DNA of 64,000 nucleotides from a virus (Duplodnaviria; Heunggongvirae; Uroviricota; Caudoviricetes): IMG/VR virus record IMGVR_UViG_3300050500_000527; one strand, 5' to 3'. Shown piece by piece: positions 25,670 to 32,913 of this stretch (position 1 is its first letter; each line of letters starts with the position of its first letter). The notes under the pieces were generated by a model. It saw only the letters and a program-made list of their open reading frames with translations, ran no database searches and was not told where the DNA came from. The position numbers and the translations under genes were made by a program.

Positions 25670-25739
25670 TTCCATCTCTCCAGGTTGCAGCGCGCATTGC
25701 CACTATACGCTGGACGCGGCGGGGCGCTGTGCAATTCCC

Positions 25740-26099
25740 TTATTCCGCAGCCACAAGATGATAGTAGTCGTCCATCTTGCGCCATCCGCGGGGCGCAGCG
25801 TTCTTCGGCCGCTGGGCTTCCGGTTTAATCCGCATCACTTCGAGGGCTCGGGCCTCGGGGATCGTAATGCGTTGGGTGGGGGTGCGCCGATCAATGGGAA
25901 TATATCTCCCAGTTAGCGCAAGTTGACCTTTTTGAAAGGCAATCTCTGCGCGCCTCTCATGGAGAATTCGAGAGCCCTGCCAGGAAAGTACGGAAGCCAG
26001 TCCGGCGACGAGGAGGGTTAAGCACCAGAAGAACGGTGCGCCGAGATGAATAGAGAGGTTACATTCCACTGCCAGGCCCAACAATTCTATACTCAGCAA
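25740..26099 (-). CDS. membrane protein with two N-terminal transmembrane helices (119 aa); holin or spanin-like candidate
   Basis: Hydrophobic N-terminus LSIELLGLAVECNLSIHLGAPFFWCLTLLVAGLASVLSW and a charged C-terminal tail, located upstream of the terminase small subunit as lysis genes are in T7-like phages; no family recognised. Confidence 0.3.
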   Translation of the reverse strand: MLSIELLGLAVECNLSIHLGAPFFWCLTLLVAGLASVLSWQGSRILHERRAEIAFQKGQLALTGRYIPIDRRTPTQRITIPEARALEVMRIKPEAQRPKNAAPRGWRKMDDYYHLVAAE

Positions 26100-26156
26100 T
26101 GCAGTGTAGCCTCTCCGGCGCAGAAGTCAAATTTCCTGTTTATTCGCGTCCAGTTA

Positions 26157-26798
26157 CTACCCACTAATGACGGCGCGGCCAAGCTGAGTGATGGTCCAGT
26201 GGGGCGTCCCTTCATTCTTCTGTAGAGCGACCAAGCCTTTCTTCTCTAGTGCTTTCATTGTGGGGTTTGTTTCGGCTTTATAGGCGCCCAGCCCAGTATA
26301 GAGGTCTTGCAACGTGGTGCGTTGTTTGTAGGTGACATCGGGGAGGATTGCTGGCAGGGGCTGCTCCGAGGCGATCGGACCGCGCTCCAAGCCGGTGGCC
26401 GCCCAGCAGGCCTGGGCGATTTCCTTATAGTCCCAGGCTAGCCGCTGGCGCTCCCAGTCATGTACCCATTCCGGCCGGTATCCACCTTGCGGCCGCAGCT
26501 GCACGCGGTCGGTAACGACGCCGCAGAACACAATAGTGAGCAGGGGCTGGGCGTTAAACTGAGCGCTACGGGTCGGTTCAGACCAGAGGCGGGCCAGGCG
26601 CATCTCGAAGTCTGGTGGCCAAATTGCGTTCGCTTGTGCGCTCATGTGACGCAGCAAGGCTTCTTCAACGGTCTCGTTTTCCTCTAGGGTGCCGCCCGGC
26701 AGGTTCCACCCGGCAAATTTCGCCACGTTCGGGACCAGTAATAGGTCGCCGCGGCCATTAAAGACCACGGCTTCTACTGTAATGCGGCGCGGTGTCAT
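26157..26798 (-). CDS. Nudix-like hydrolase fused to a C-terminal winged-helix DNA-binding domain (213 aa)
   Basis: Degenerate Nudix box GGTLEENETVEEALLRHMSAQANA (GX5EX7R.. pattern; REUXEE incomplete). C-terminal KALEKKGLVALQKNEGTPHWTITQLGRAVISG resembles a MarR/PadR-type wing. Divergent from the operator-bearing promoter A. Confidence 0.4.
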   Translation of the reverse strand: MTPRRITVEAVVFNGRGDLLLVPNVAKFAGWNLPGGTLEENETVEEALLRHMSAQANAIWPPDFEMRLARLWSEPTRSAQFNAQPLLTIVFCGVVTDRVQLRPQGGYRPEWVHDWERQRLAWDYKEIAQACWAATGLERGPIASEQPLPAILPDVTYKQRTTLQDLYTGLGAYKAETNPTMKALEKKGLVALQKNEGTPHWTITQLGRAVISG

Positions 26799-27025
26799 TC
26801 CGGGATACCTTTCTTGTGTAGATGCCCATGACCGAGCAATATTCCTACTACGTCCTCGGCCCAGGGGTTGTCGCCGCCGCGACTACGCAGCCAGGTTAGC
26901 AAGCTTTCCGCATCCAGTTGGGCAATGTCAGCGTTGATCCACTCGCCCGATGTATTGAGGGCTCTTACATAGACGCCGGTGCCCGGTTCTGTACCTTCGC
27001 GGCCGGGCATTACTTTCAATTTCAT
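26795..27025 (-). CDS. hypothetical protein (76 aa)
   Basis: GGAG ribosome-binding site then ATG at 27025; ATGA-coupled to the Nudix-like gene. Confidence 0.35.
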   Translation of the reverse strand: MKLKVMPGREGTEPGTGVYVRALNTSGEWINADIAQLDAESLLTWLRSRGGDNPWAEDVVGILLGHGHLHKKGIPE

Positions 27026-27073
27026 CGTTCTACTCCACTATTTTCAAGAAATTGTGCATCTGTGCGCAGAACA

Positions 27074-27106
27074 GGCTTTACTTCTGCGGCCCGCAGAAGT
27101 ATAGTC
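27074..27106 (+). promoter_or_regulatory. promoter copy A with embedded 23-bp perfect palindromic operator TACTTCTGCGG-C-CCGCAGAAGTA (-35 TTTACT, 17-bp spacer, -10 TATAGT)
   Basis: Seen directly. The palindrome occupies the spacer and -10 of a near-consensus sigma70-type promoter. It sits in the divergent region between 27025 (minus) and 27327 (plus); the same element recurs at 32815 and 6737. Confidence 0.55.
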
Positions 27107-27326
27107 GTTGTCAGAGGGGAGAAGCGCTTCCTCCGCCACCATACTGAAGCGCCCGGCTAGTGCCTCTCCCCGGTTACGGGGGCTCTACAAAAGGCGGTCT
27201 CAGCGGTAAATGACTAGCATTGTTAGGGCGGGCGGCCTAGACGAAGAGGCCGCCTCCTCCAGCAATGGAGTTTACCAGACCGATTATCCACAACTTTTTG
27301 GCTAATAGTGCCACGGGGAGCATGAA

Positions 27327-28490
27327 ATGATGACACCGACGAATGTGTCAGCGATGCGGGCATGCCTGCTCGTCGCTGGCTTGGCGGGCGGCGCTTATTG
27401 CGGCAGCACCGCGTTTCTGAATGGCTTGGAAGGCGCCACCGGCTGGGCGGGTTATGCTTTGGCCACCTCCGGCTTGTCCGTCGCTTTCGGCAGCTGGTTT
27501 ATCCTACCCTTCGCGGCGCATGTTTCTTCGGAAGGGGCGCGCGGTGAGGCTTGGATGCTGCGGTTCGGTTGGGCGCTTTGCACGGCCTTTGTGCTGTGGA
27601 ACGCCACCGGGTTTACCGCGATCCACCGCACCGAGAAGGTTTCTACCTCGCAGGTTAGCATCGACGCCTATAACCGGGCGGAGACGCGCCTCAGCGAAGC
27701 GACTGCTGAGCTGAATGAATACAAGAAGAATAAGCGCTGGGAAGCCACCAATGGCTGCTCCAACGCCACGGTGGACAAGTCCCGCGAGTTCTGCGGCCAG
27801 GTTGCCGTGACTAAGTCCAATATCTCTACGGCGGAAACCACCCTGGCCAAAGGTCGGCCCGGCGCGGCGGACGCCCAGGCGGAAAGCATCGGGTGGCTGC
27901 TGCAGCTCAACCCGGCGCTGGTCTCTAAGCTGGACCCGGTGCTGAAGGCGCTGATCCAGGAAATCGCAATGAGCTTGTTCCTGCTCTGCGCTTTCCGGCC
28001 CTCTACGGCTCGCAAGGAGGCTGTTACGGTTAAGGCGCCCGTCGCTAAGGTGGCGGACTTCTCGCCGATCTTCGAGGCGATCACGGCCGCTACGGCTGAG
28101 ATTAATGCGGCCCGCGCCGAATATGACCGGGCGATGGAAATGCTGCCCTTCCTGCGCTATGAGGCGCTGCTGGCTACGGCCGCTGACCTCTTCGTAGAGC
28201 CGGAGGCTGATATTCTGGGCTACGTCGTCCAGCCCGCTCCCGCCGTTGAGGCGGTGGTCGCAGCCGAGGTGCAAATCGTTGCACCTCAGGCCAAGAAGGC
28301 GAAGAAGGCACAGCGCAACACAAAGGCTGATGCTATGAATCGTCGGCGGGACGCGAATGGCCGCTATGCCAAAAAGGCCAAGCTGATAGCGAAAACGGAC
28401 GAGCCCAAGCGCAAGCCGCAGCTTTCCGCCCTACCGCTTAATGGCGCCGAGAACGTCGTTATCTTCGGCACGCATCCCAAGAAAGACTAA
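27327..28490 (+). CDS. membrane protein with N-terminal transmembrane helices and a basic C-terminal tail (387 aa)
   Basis: GGGGAG ribosome-binding site; 3-4 predicted transmembrane helices in the first 100 aa, then a helical region and a KKAKKAQR basic tail; about 215-nt structured leader upstream. Confidence 0.45.
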   Translation: MMTPTNVSAMRACLLVAGLAGGAYCGSTAFLNGLEGATGWAGYALATSGLSVAFGSWFILPFAAHVSSEGARGEAWMLRFGWALCTAFVLWNATGFTAIHRTEKVSTSQVSIDAYNRAETRLSEATAELNEYKKNKRWEATNGCSNATVDKSREFCGQVAVTKSNISTAETTLAKGRPGAADAQAESIGWLLQLNPALVSKLDPVLKALIQEIAMSLFLLCAFRPSTARKEAVTVKAPVAKVADFSPIFEAITAATAEINAARAEYDRAMEMLPFLRYEALLATAADLFVEPEADILGYVVQPAPAVEAVVAAEVQIVAPQAKKAKKAQRNTKADAMNRRRDANGRYAKKAKLIAKTDEPKRKPQLSALPLNGAENVVIFGTHPKKD

Positions 28491-28569
28491 ATCGGGTCGG
28501 CCGCTCCGGCGGCCCGCCCTCCCTTTATGGCCGCCGGACCCTCCGGCGCCTTTATGGGGAGGTCGTACA

Positions 28570-28833
28570 ATGAGTGACACTCATCGGTTCCGGGGCTGGC
28601 CATTCCAGCAACCGAGCGACGTACCAGTGGCGCCCCTCCCACAAGCCGGGCCGCGAGGTTGGGCTTGTGGGGAGTGCCTATTCGGCGTCGACAGGGCGAA
28701 TGGCGGCCTTGAGTGCCGCCGCTATCCACCGCAGCTTTTTAGCTCGGTCGGGCTACCCGCCCAGCCCTTCGTCGGCCAGTATCATTGGTGCGGCGAGTTT
28801 CAGCCACGTGATGAAGAGAAGAAGGAAGTCTGA
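28570..28833 (+). CDS. hypothetical protein (87 aa)
   Basis: GGGGAGG ribosome-binding site before ATG 28570; cysteine-containing (CGEC). Confidence 0.3.
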   Translation: MSDTHRFRGWPFQQPSDVPVAPLPQAGPRGWACGECLFGVDRANGGLECRRYPPQLFSSVGLPAQPFVGQYHWCGEFQPRDEEKKEV

Positions 28834-29090
28834 TGCCTAAGCCAAAAGCCGTAACTGCCCAGGAGATCAACGACGCGACGACCGCGCTGGTGAATGCGTC
28901 GGGAGAGCTGCCGGGCTTAGCGCAGCGGATCTCGCAGTCCTACCTGGACCCCGCAGGCCTCGGCGACGTTGAGCACCTTGAAGCGAAACTCACGGCCGCT
29001 ATCCGGGATAGCGCCGAGCTACTGGTTACGCTGCAAGCCTATAAGGGGCTGCGGCGGCATTTGGAGAAAAGGAATGCGCCGGGAGATTGA
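28833..29090 (+). CDS. hypothetical protein (85 aa)
   Basis: TGATG coupling; GAAGGAAG ribosome-binding site. Confidence 0.4.
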   Translation: MPKPKAVTAQEINDATTALVNASGELPGLAQRISQSYLDPAGLGDVEHLEAKLTAAIRDSAELLVTLQAYKGLRRHLEKRNAPGD

Positions 29091-29271
29091 AAACATCAAG
29101 AGCCCGCGGCAGCTGGACGCTTGCTGCCCTGGGCACGATGATTGGCCCAACGACGTTTACCGTAACCGCCGCTCCATCCGGGCGCGTGCTCGGGATATTA
29201 AGCGCGAGCACCGCTTCGCGCGCCGGGTGCTGCGCTTCGCCTTGCTGAGGGAGGTGTTCCGATGCCTGTAA
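29074..29271 (+). CDS. hypothetical basic protein (65 aa)
   Basis: GGAGAAAAGGA ribosome-binding site before ATG 29074; overlaps the upstream gene by 17 nt. Confidence 0.3.
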   Translation: MRREIENIKSPRQLDACCPGHDDWPNDVYRNRRSIRARARDIKREHRFARRVLRFALLREVFRCL

Positions 29272-29450
29272 GAATATTGGACAAGGTGTGGATGATCGTC
29301 ACGGAACGCGGCATCCTCTATACGGCCCCCGCTACTTCTAAGCAGGGCGCCTGGCAGGAAGCCGAACGTTCCGATTTCCGCTTGACGAAGAAGGACATGA
29401 GGGCTCGTGGCTGGGAGGCCAAGAAGGTCTCAATCATCATTGAGGAATAA
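29262..29450 (+). CDS. hypothetical small protein (62 aa)
   Basis: ORF in the codon-biased frame, overlapping the previous gene by 10 nt. Confidence 0.3.
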   Translation: MPVRILDKVWMIVTERGILYTAPATSKQGAWQEAERSDFRLTKKDMRARGWEAKKVSIIIEE

Positions 29451-29460
29451 GGGCGCTCCG

Positions 29461-29826
29461 ATGAGGCTTATCCACAAAACACCTTGCCGTGAGTGCCCCT
29501 GGCGTCTTGTGGCGCCTGCAGGCCATTTAGGCGGTAACACGCCCGAAACATACGCGGACGTGGTTTGCAATAACGAAGTTCCGTCCTGCCACCGCACAGA
29601 CCGCGGTCCGCGTAGCAAAAAGGCTATGTGTGCCGGAGCACTAGCAGTTGCTGCAAATGCTTGTATCTTACCGCACAACACACCTGATGGACGGGAAGCA
29701 AGAAACGCGGTGGGGAAGCGCGAAGATTGCTTCGCCCACCCAGCCAAGTTTTATGAGCACCACGCTGGCCGACCCTATATTCCGCGGTGGCAGCGCTTAA
29801 TGAACGCTCGGGAGGAACCGAAATGA
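29461..29826 (+). CDS. cysteine/histidine-rich small protein (121 aa), candidate partner or antitoxin of the downstream ADP-ribosyltransferase-like gene
   Basis: MRLIHKTPCRECPWRL...VVCNNEVPSCHRTD...C...C...C..H is a putative metal-binding protein; its stop TGA overlaps the ATG of the next gene (ATGA). Confidence 0.4.
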   Translation: MRLIHKTPCRECPWRLVAPAGHLGGNTPETYADVVCNNEVPSCHRTDRGPRSKKAMCAGALAVAANACILPHNTPDGREARNAVGKREDCFAHPAKFYEHHAGRPYIPRWQRLMNAREEPK

Positions 29827-30479
29827 AACTCTACCACGGAACTTGTGGGTCTCACCTGCCGCGCATCTTGAAGAAGGGCATTACCCCGCGCGGCGTCCGG
29901 AAAGGGAATTGGCCGGAGTGCCGGTCCCATCCGGAATGCGTTTACCTCACCGACGCCTATGCCGGTTATTTCGCACTCGCTGCTTCGAAGAAGGGCCGGT
30001 GCGTGGTATTCGAAATCGACACCGACCTGCTCGCCGAAGGCGATATGCTTCCCGACGAAGACTTCCTCGGCCAGGTTGAGCAGCGCCAGCTGCAAGGCAC
30101 CCCGGACGGGCAGACGCTCATCCAGCGCACTGAGGCGTTCCGGGAACAACTGCCGAATTGGTGCTACACGGACACTTATAAGCTCTCGTTGCAGCACCTC
30201 GGCACCTGCGCCTATCTGGGCACGATCCCCACAATCGCCATTACGCGCTACGTGACGTTCGGTACATGGAAGAACGCCCAGCTGCGCCTCATTTTCGATC
30301 CGACAATTACCTTGATGAATTATACGCTGCTCGGCCCGGCTTATCGGCGCAAGACGGCATGGCTGTTCGGCGACAAGCCGCCGGAACCGGGGCCTACGGA
30401 CATTATGTCCGACCTCGACTTGACGCTACTCGAACGGAACGACTTTCGGGTGGTGAAACTTCAGAAGGAGTTCGCATAA
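29823..30479 (+). CDS. putative H-Y-E class ADP-ribosyltransferase-like protein (diphtheria toxin / DarT / Tpt1-like fold), 218 aa
   Basis: N-terminus MKLYHGTCGSHLPRILKKGI resembles the NAD-binding YHGT motif of diphtheria toxin (SSYHGTKPGYVDSIQKG), exotoxin A (GYHGTFLEAAQSIVFGG) and DarT (iYHiTHidNLpsIL). It is followed by a Y-x-x-A-Y-A-G-Y stretch (VYLTDAYAGYFAL) like the Y-Y motif, and by a candidate catalytic glutamate in VVFEIDTD. This rests on motif memory only. Confidence 0.35.
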   Translation: MKLYHGTCGSHLPRILKKGITPRGVRKGNWPECRSHPECVYLTDAYAGYFALAASKKGRCVVFEIDTDLLAEGDMLPDEDFLGQVEQRQLQGTPDGQTLIQRTEAFREQLPNWCYTDTYKLSLQHLGTCAYLGTIPTIAITRYVTFGTWKNAQLRLIFDPTITLMNYTLLGPAYRRKTAWLFGDKPPEPGPTDIMSDLDLTLLERNDFRVVKLQKEFA

Positions 30480-30622
30480 TGAATGACAAGAAGAAGGACG
30501 ACCAACAGAAGCGCGACACAATTCGTGAGAGCGTCCGGAAGGATCCAGACTTTTACGTGCCGGACCCCAAGAACCCTCCGCCGCCCACGCAAGACCCGCG
30601 TGACAAGAGCCGCCGCCACTAA
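30480..30622 (+). CDS. small lysine/aspartate/proline-rich disordered protein (47 aa)
   Basis: ATG immediately after the stop of the ADP-ribosyltransferase-like gene (TAATGA). Confidence 0.3.
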
Positions 30623-30638
30623 AACTCGGTTCACCCCA

Positions 30639-30863
30639 ATGACCTACGCCGCCGCCCTTTTCTGTCAGCAATTCGCCCAGGAGCTGCGCCGCCCTGGGCT
30701 CACCCCCCATCAGCGCATTACTGCCGTTATCAGGCGGATCTCGCCGAGCCTAAGGGGGCGGCGGTTGCGCATTTATATTGACTCGTTGCATGCTACAATG
30801 ACGGTGGACGGCGCGCTGCGCCGAGACTGGCAACAAAAGGTCTTGGAGGAACACGGGTCATGA
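30639..30863 (+). CDS. hypothetical protein (74 aa)
   Basis: In-frame ATG at 30639 after the end of the 47-aa gene; ATGA-coupled to the next gene. Confidence 0.3.
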   Translation: MTYAAALFCQQFAQELRRPGLTPHQRITAVIRRISPSLRGRRLRIYIDSLHATMTVDGALRRDWQQKVLEEHGS

Positions 30864-31114
30864 CGGAAGAAGGGCCAATGGGCGGCCGTACGGATGCGAA
30901 GCCGACTGAGATACTCTACCCGGAGATTCAGGTAGCGCTCGGCGACCTTTCCGGTCCGGACGGTAACGCGATGATGATTATTGGCAAAGTCTCTCACGCC
31001 CTCCGCGCGGCGCAGGTGCCTAATGCCAAAATCGAAGAATATGCTAACGCGGCCATGATGGGCACCTATGCCGAGCTCTTGGCCACAACTGGGCGCTGGG
31101 TGACAGTGCTATAA
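30860..31114 (+). CDS. hypothetical protein (84 aa)
   Basis: ATGA overlap; followed by an imperfect GC hairpin at 31120-31160. Confidence 0.4.
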   Translation: MTEEGPMGGRTDAKPTEILYPEIQVALGDLSGPDGNAMMIIGKVSHALRAAQVPNAKIEEYANAAMMGTYAELLATTGRWVTVL

Positions 31115-31354
31115 GATCCGCTTTAGCGGCGCGGTGCACCGCCCGCTGAAAACCCCTGCGCAGCGATCCGGGGCGAGACTACGTAGCTCCCCTTGAGATT
31201 TAGACGCCCGATATGGAATATGATTTGGCAGTTGATCCCGTTCCGGTATTGCGTTCGGGTTGTAAGACCAAGTTGACCACCGGGAGCTGGGCTTGTCCCA
31301 GTCTGCGCAGGGTTCTATGTGCCGAGCGCTGGTTGCGGAAGCCCTTGCGGGCGG

Positions 31355-31420
31355 AGGGGTTCGATTCCCCTTAGGCGGCCCTGTTTCGGGGCCAGGAGGG
31401 TTCGAGTCCCTCCCCGGTAC
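31355..31420 (+). other. two tRNA 3-prime-end-like fragments (T-arm AGGGGTTCGATTCCCCT and GAGGGTTCGAGTCCCTC), possible attachment-site remnants
   Basis: GGTTCGAtTCC and GGTTCGAgTCC T-loop consensus with 5-bp stems, 45 nt apart. I could not find the matching 5-prime acceptor halves, so these are not intact tRNAs. Confidence 0.25.
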
Positions 31421-31459
31421 GCCCCTACCGACGAAAACCTCACAGGGAGTTTACCCCTT

Positions 31460-32728
31460 ATGACGCCTGAACAGTCGTTTACCCTCCGGGCGAAGCCGCT
31501 CGCGTGGCGTGCCTTTTTCAGCCTAGCGCTGTATTTCCTCTACGCCTTCATTAATAACCTTCTCAACCCGCTCGCCACGCTCGCCGCGGGGAAGGCCGCG
31601 GGCGGCCAGTTTGCGCCCGACGACGTGAGCTACGTCACGTCAACCTACGGCCTGAAATTCGCGCCGCAGCTCGGCCTGCCCTTCATTGCCTTTCTGGCCG
31701 TGCTGGCAGTGATCTGGTGGAAGCCCGCCAAGATGCTCGCTCAGATCGTCTTCGCTGCCAGCCTCGCCGCGATGCTCACCCTCCCCGTCAGCCCAGCTGG
31801 CGCCTACTACGACAAGACCAATTATCCGGAGATTTACTGGATCGCGCCGAATGAGAGCGCCTTCTTTATCCCGGACGTCGGCGACAATAAGACGGATCAG
31901 GCCAAATTCGGCAGCGAAGCCTACTACGAGGCGAATAAGATCGCGGCCAAGCGCTTCGAAATCCCCCACGTCAAACTGGCCGGGAGTTCGTACACCTGGG
32001 ACTTCTACGTTCCGGCCGGGCGACTGATCGTCGTGGACCGCGCGCCCTACGCCCGTGAGTGGAAACATGCGGGCAACGGCACCGGTGATGGCAACGAAGC
32101 CCTGCAATGCCAGTCCTCGCAGGGGCACGACGTGACCGTGGAAATCTCGATTGCGGCTTCGGTCTTCGAGAAAGATGCGCCACGCTTCCTTTATCGCTTC
32201 GGCATCCGACCCATCAAGGGCGACCGGAATGACCCCGTTATCAAATGGCAGTCTGTCTTCGAAGGCAAGAGCCTGGCGGAAGTCATGGACACGGTGGTTA
32301 AGGGCAACCTACAGAGCCGCCTTTGCAAGTTCTTCTCGGTGCGGACGGTCGACGTAATTAACGCGGAAGCTGATACAATCATCACCGAAGCCGAGAAAGA
32401 CCTGCGGAAATACCTGATTGAAGAATTCGGCATCACGCTGGACTACATCGGTTGGGGCTCCACCTTCGACTATTCTCCGACGGTGCAGAAAGCCTTGGAC
32501 GATAAGTTCGCCGCGGACAAAATCGCCAGCGTGCTACCCATCCTCGAGCGGCAAGCCCAGCTGAAGATCCAGGAAGGCCTGGGCGAAGGGCTCAAGGCTC
32601 ATGGCCTGCCCAAGAACCTGGTCGCGATCCCTTCGAACCTGATGGACTTCACGAAGTGGTTTACTTCGCCGACCACGCCCGGCGCTACTTTCGTGCCGAA
32701 CGCTCCAGCCCCGGCGCCGCGCCAATAA
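31460..32728 (+). CDS. SPFH/band-7 (stomatin/prohibitin/HflKC-like) domain membrane protein (about 422 aa)
   Basis: N-terminal transmembrane helices, then SPFH-like helical region (VMDTVVKGNLQSRLCKFFSVRTVDVINAEADTIITEAEKDLRKYLIEEFGITLDYIGW); AGGGAG ribosome-binding site. Confidence 0.45.
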   Translation: MTPEQSFTLRAKPLAWRAFFSLALYFLYAFINNLLNPLATLAAGKAAGGQFAPDDVSYVTSTYGLKFAPQLGLPFIAFLAVLAVIWWKPAKMLAQIVFAASLAAMLTLPVSPAGAYYDKTNYPEIYWIAPNESAFFIPDVGDNKTDQAKFGSEAYYEANKIAAKRFEIPHVKLAGSSYTWDFYVPAGRLIVVDRAPYAREWKHAGNGTGDGNEALQCQSSQGHDVTVEISIAASVFEKDAPRFLYRFGIRPIKGDRNDPVIKWQSVFEGKSLAEVMDTVVKGNLQSRLCKFFSVRTVDVINAEADTIITEAEKDLRKYLIEEFGITLDYIGWGSTFDYSPTVQKALDDKFAADKIASVLPILERQAQLKIQEGLGEGLKAHGLPKNLVAIPSNLMDFTKWFTSPTTPGATFVPNAPAPAPRQ

Positions 32729-32751
32729 CAAGCCGCTAAGACCGCAATCCC

Positions 32752-32786
32752 CGCCGCGGCGCCCCCAGGCCCCGCGGCTTTTTTGT
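32752..32786 (+). terminator. rho-independent terminator after the SPFH gene
   Basis: CCGCGG-cgcccccaggcc-CCGCGG stem followed by CTTTTTTG. Confidence 0.5.
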
Positions 32787-32814
32787 GCGTAATATGAGAA
32801 AAGTGCTCCAGGAG

Positions 32815-32847
32815 GCTTTACTTTTGCGGGCCGCAGAAGTATAGTCT
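32815..32847 (+). promoter_or_regulatory. promoter copy B: GGCTTTACTTtTGCGG-G-CCGCAGAAGTATAGTC (one mismatch in the palindrome)
   Basis: Near-identical to copy A at 27074; 65 nt upstream of the ATG of the DUF932-like gene. Confidence 0.5.
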
Positions 32848-32913
32848 GTTTGCGGGCGGGAGAGGGACTCCGTTACCCTGGCCTTTGACCCGCTAACTCC
32901 TCAGGAGACTTAC

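Noticed and set aside
27504-28274. 256-aa minus-strand ORF inside gene 27327-28490
   Set aside because: Shadow frame of the plus-strand membrane-protein gene, which has a ribosome-binding site and coherent transmembrane topology.
31300-31430. A complete tRNA gene
   Set aside because: Two good T-arms are present but no complementary 5-prime acceptor strands or D/anticodon arms could be assembled. Reported only as fragments.
31319-31459. N-terminal extension of ORF 31319-32728 (MPSAGCGSPCGRRGS...)
   Set aside because: It reads through the tRNA-like fragments with arginine/glycine/proline low complexity. The credible start is ATG 31460, preceded by AGGGAG.
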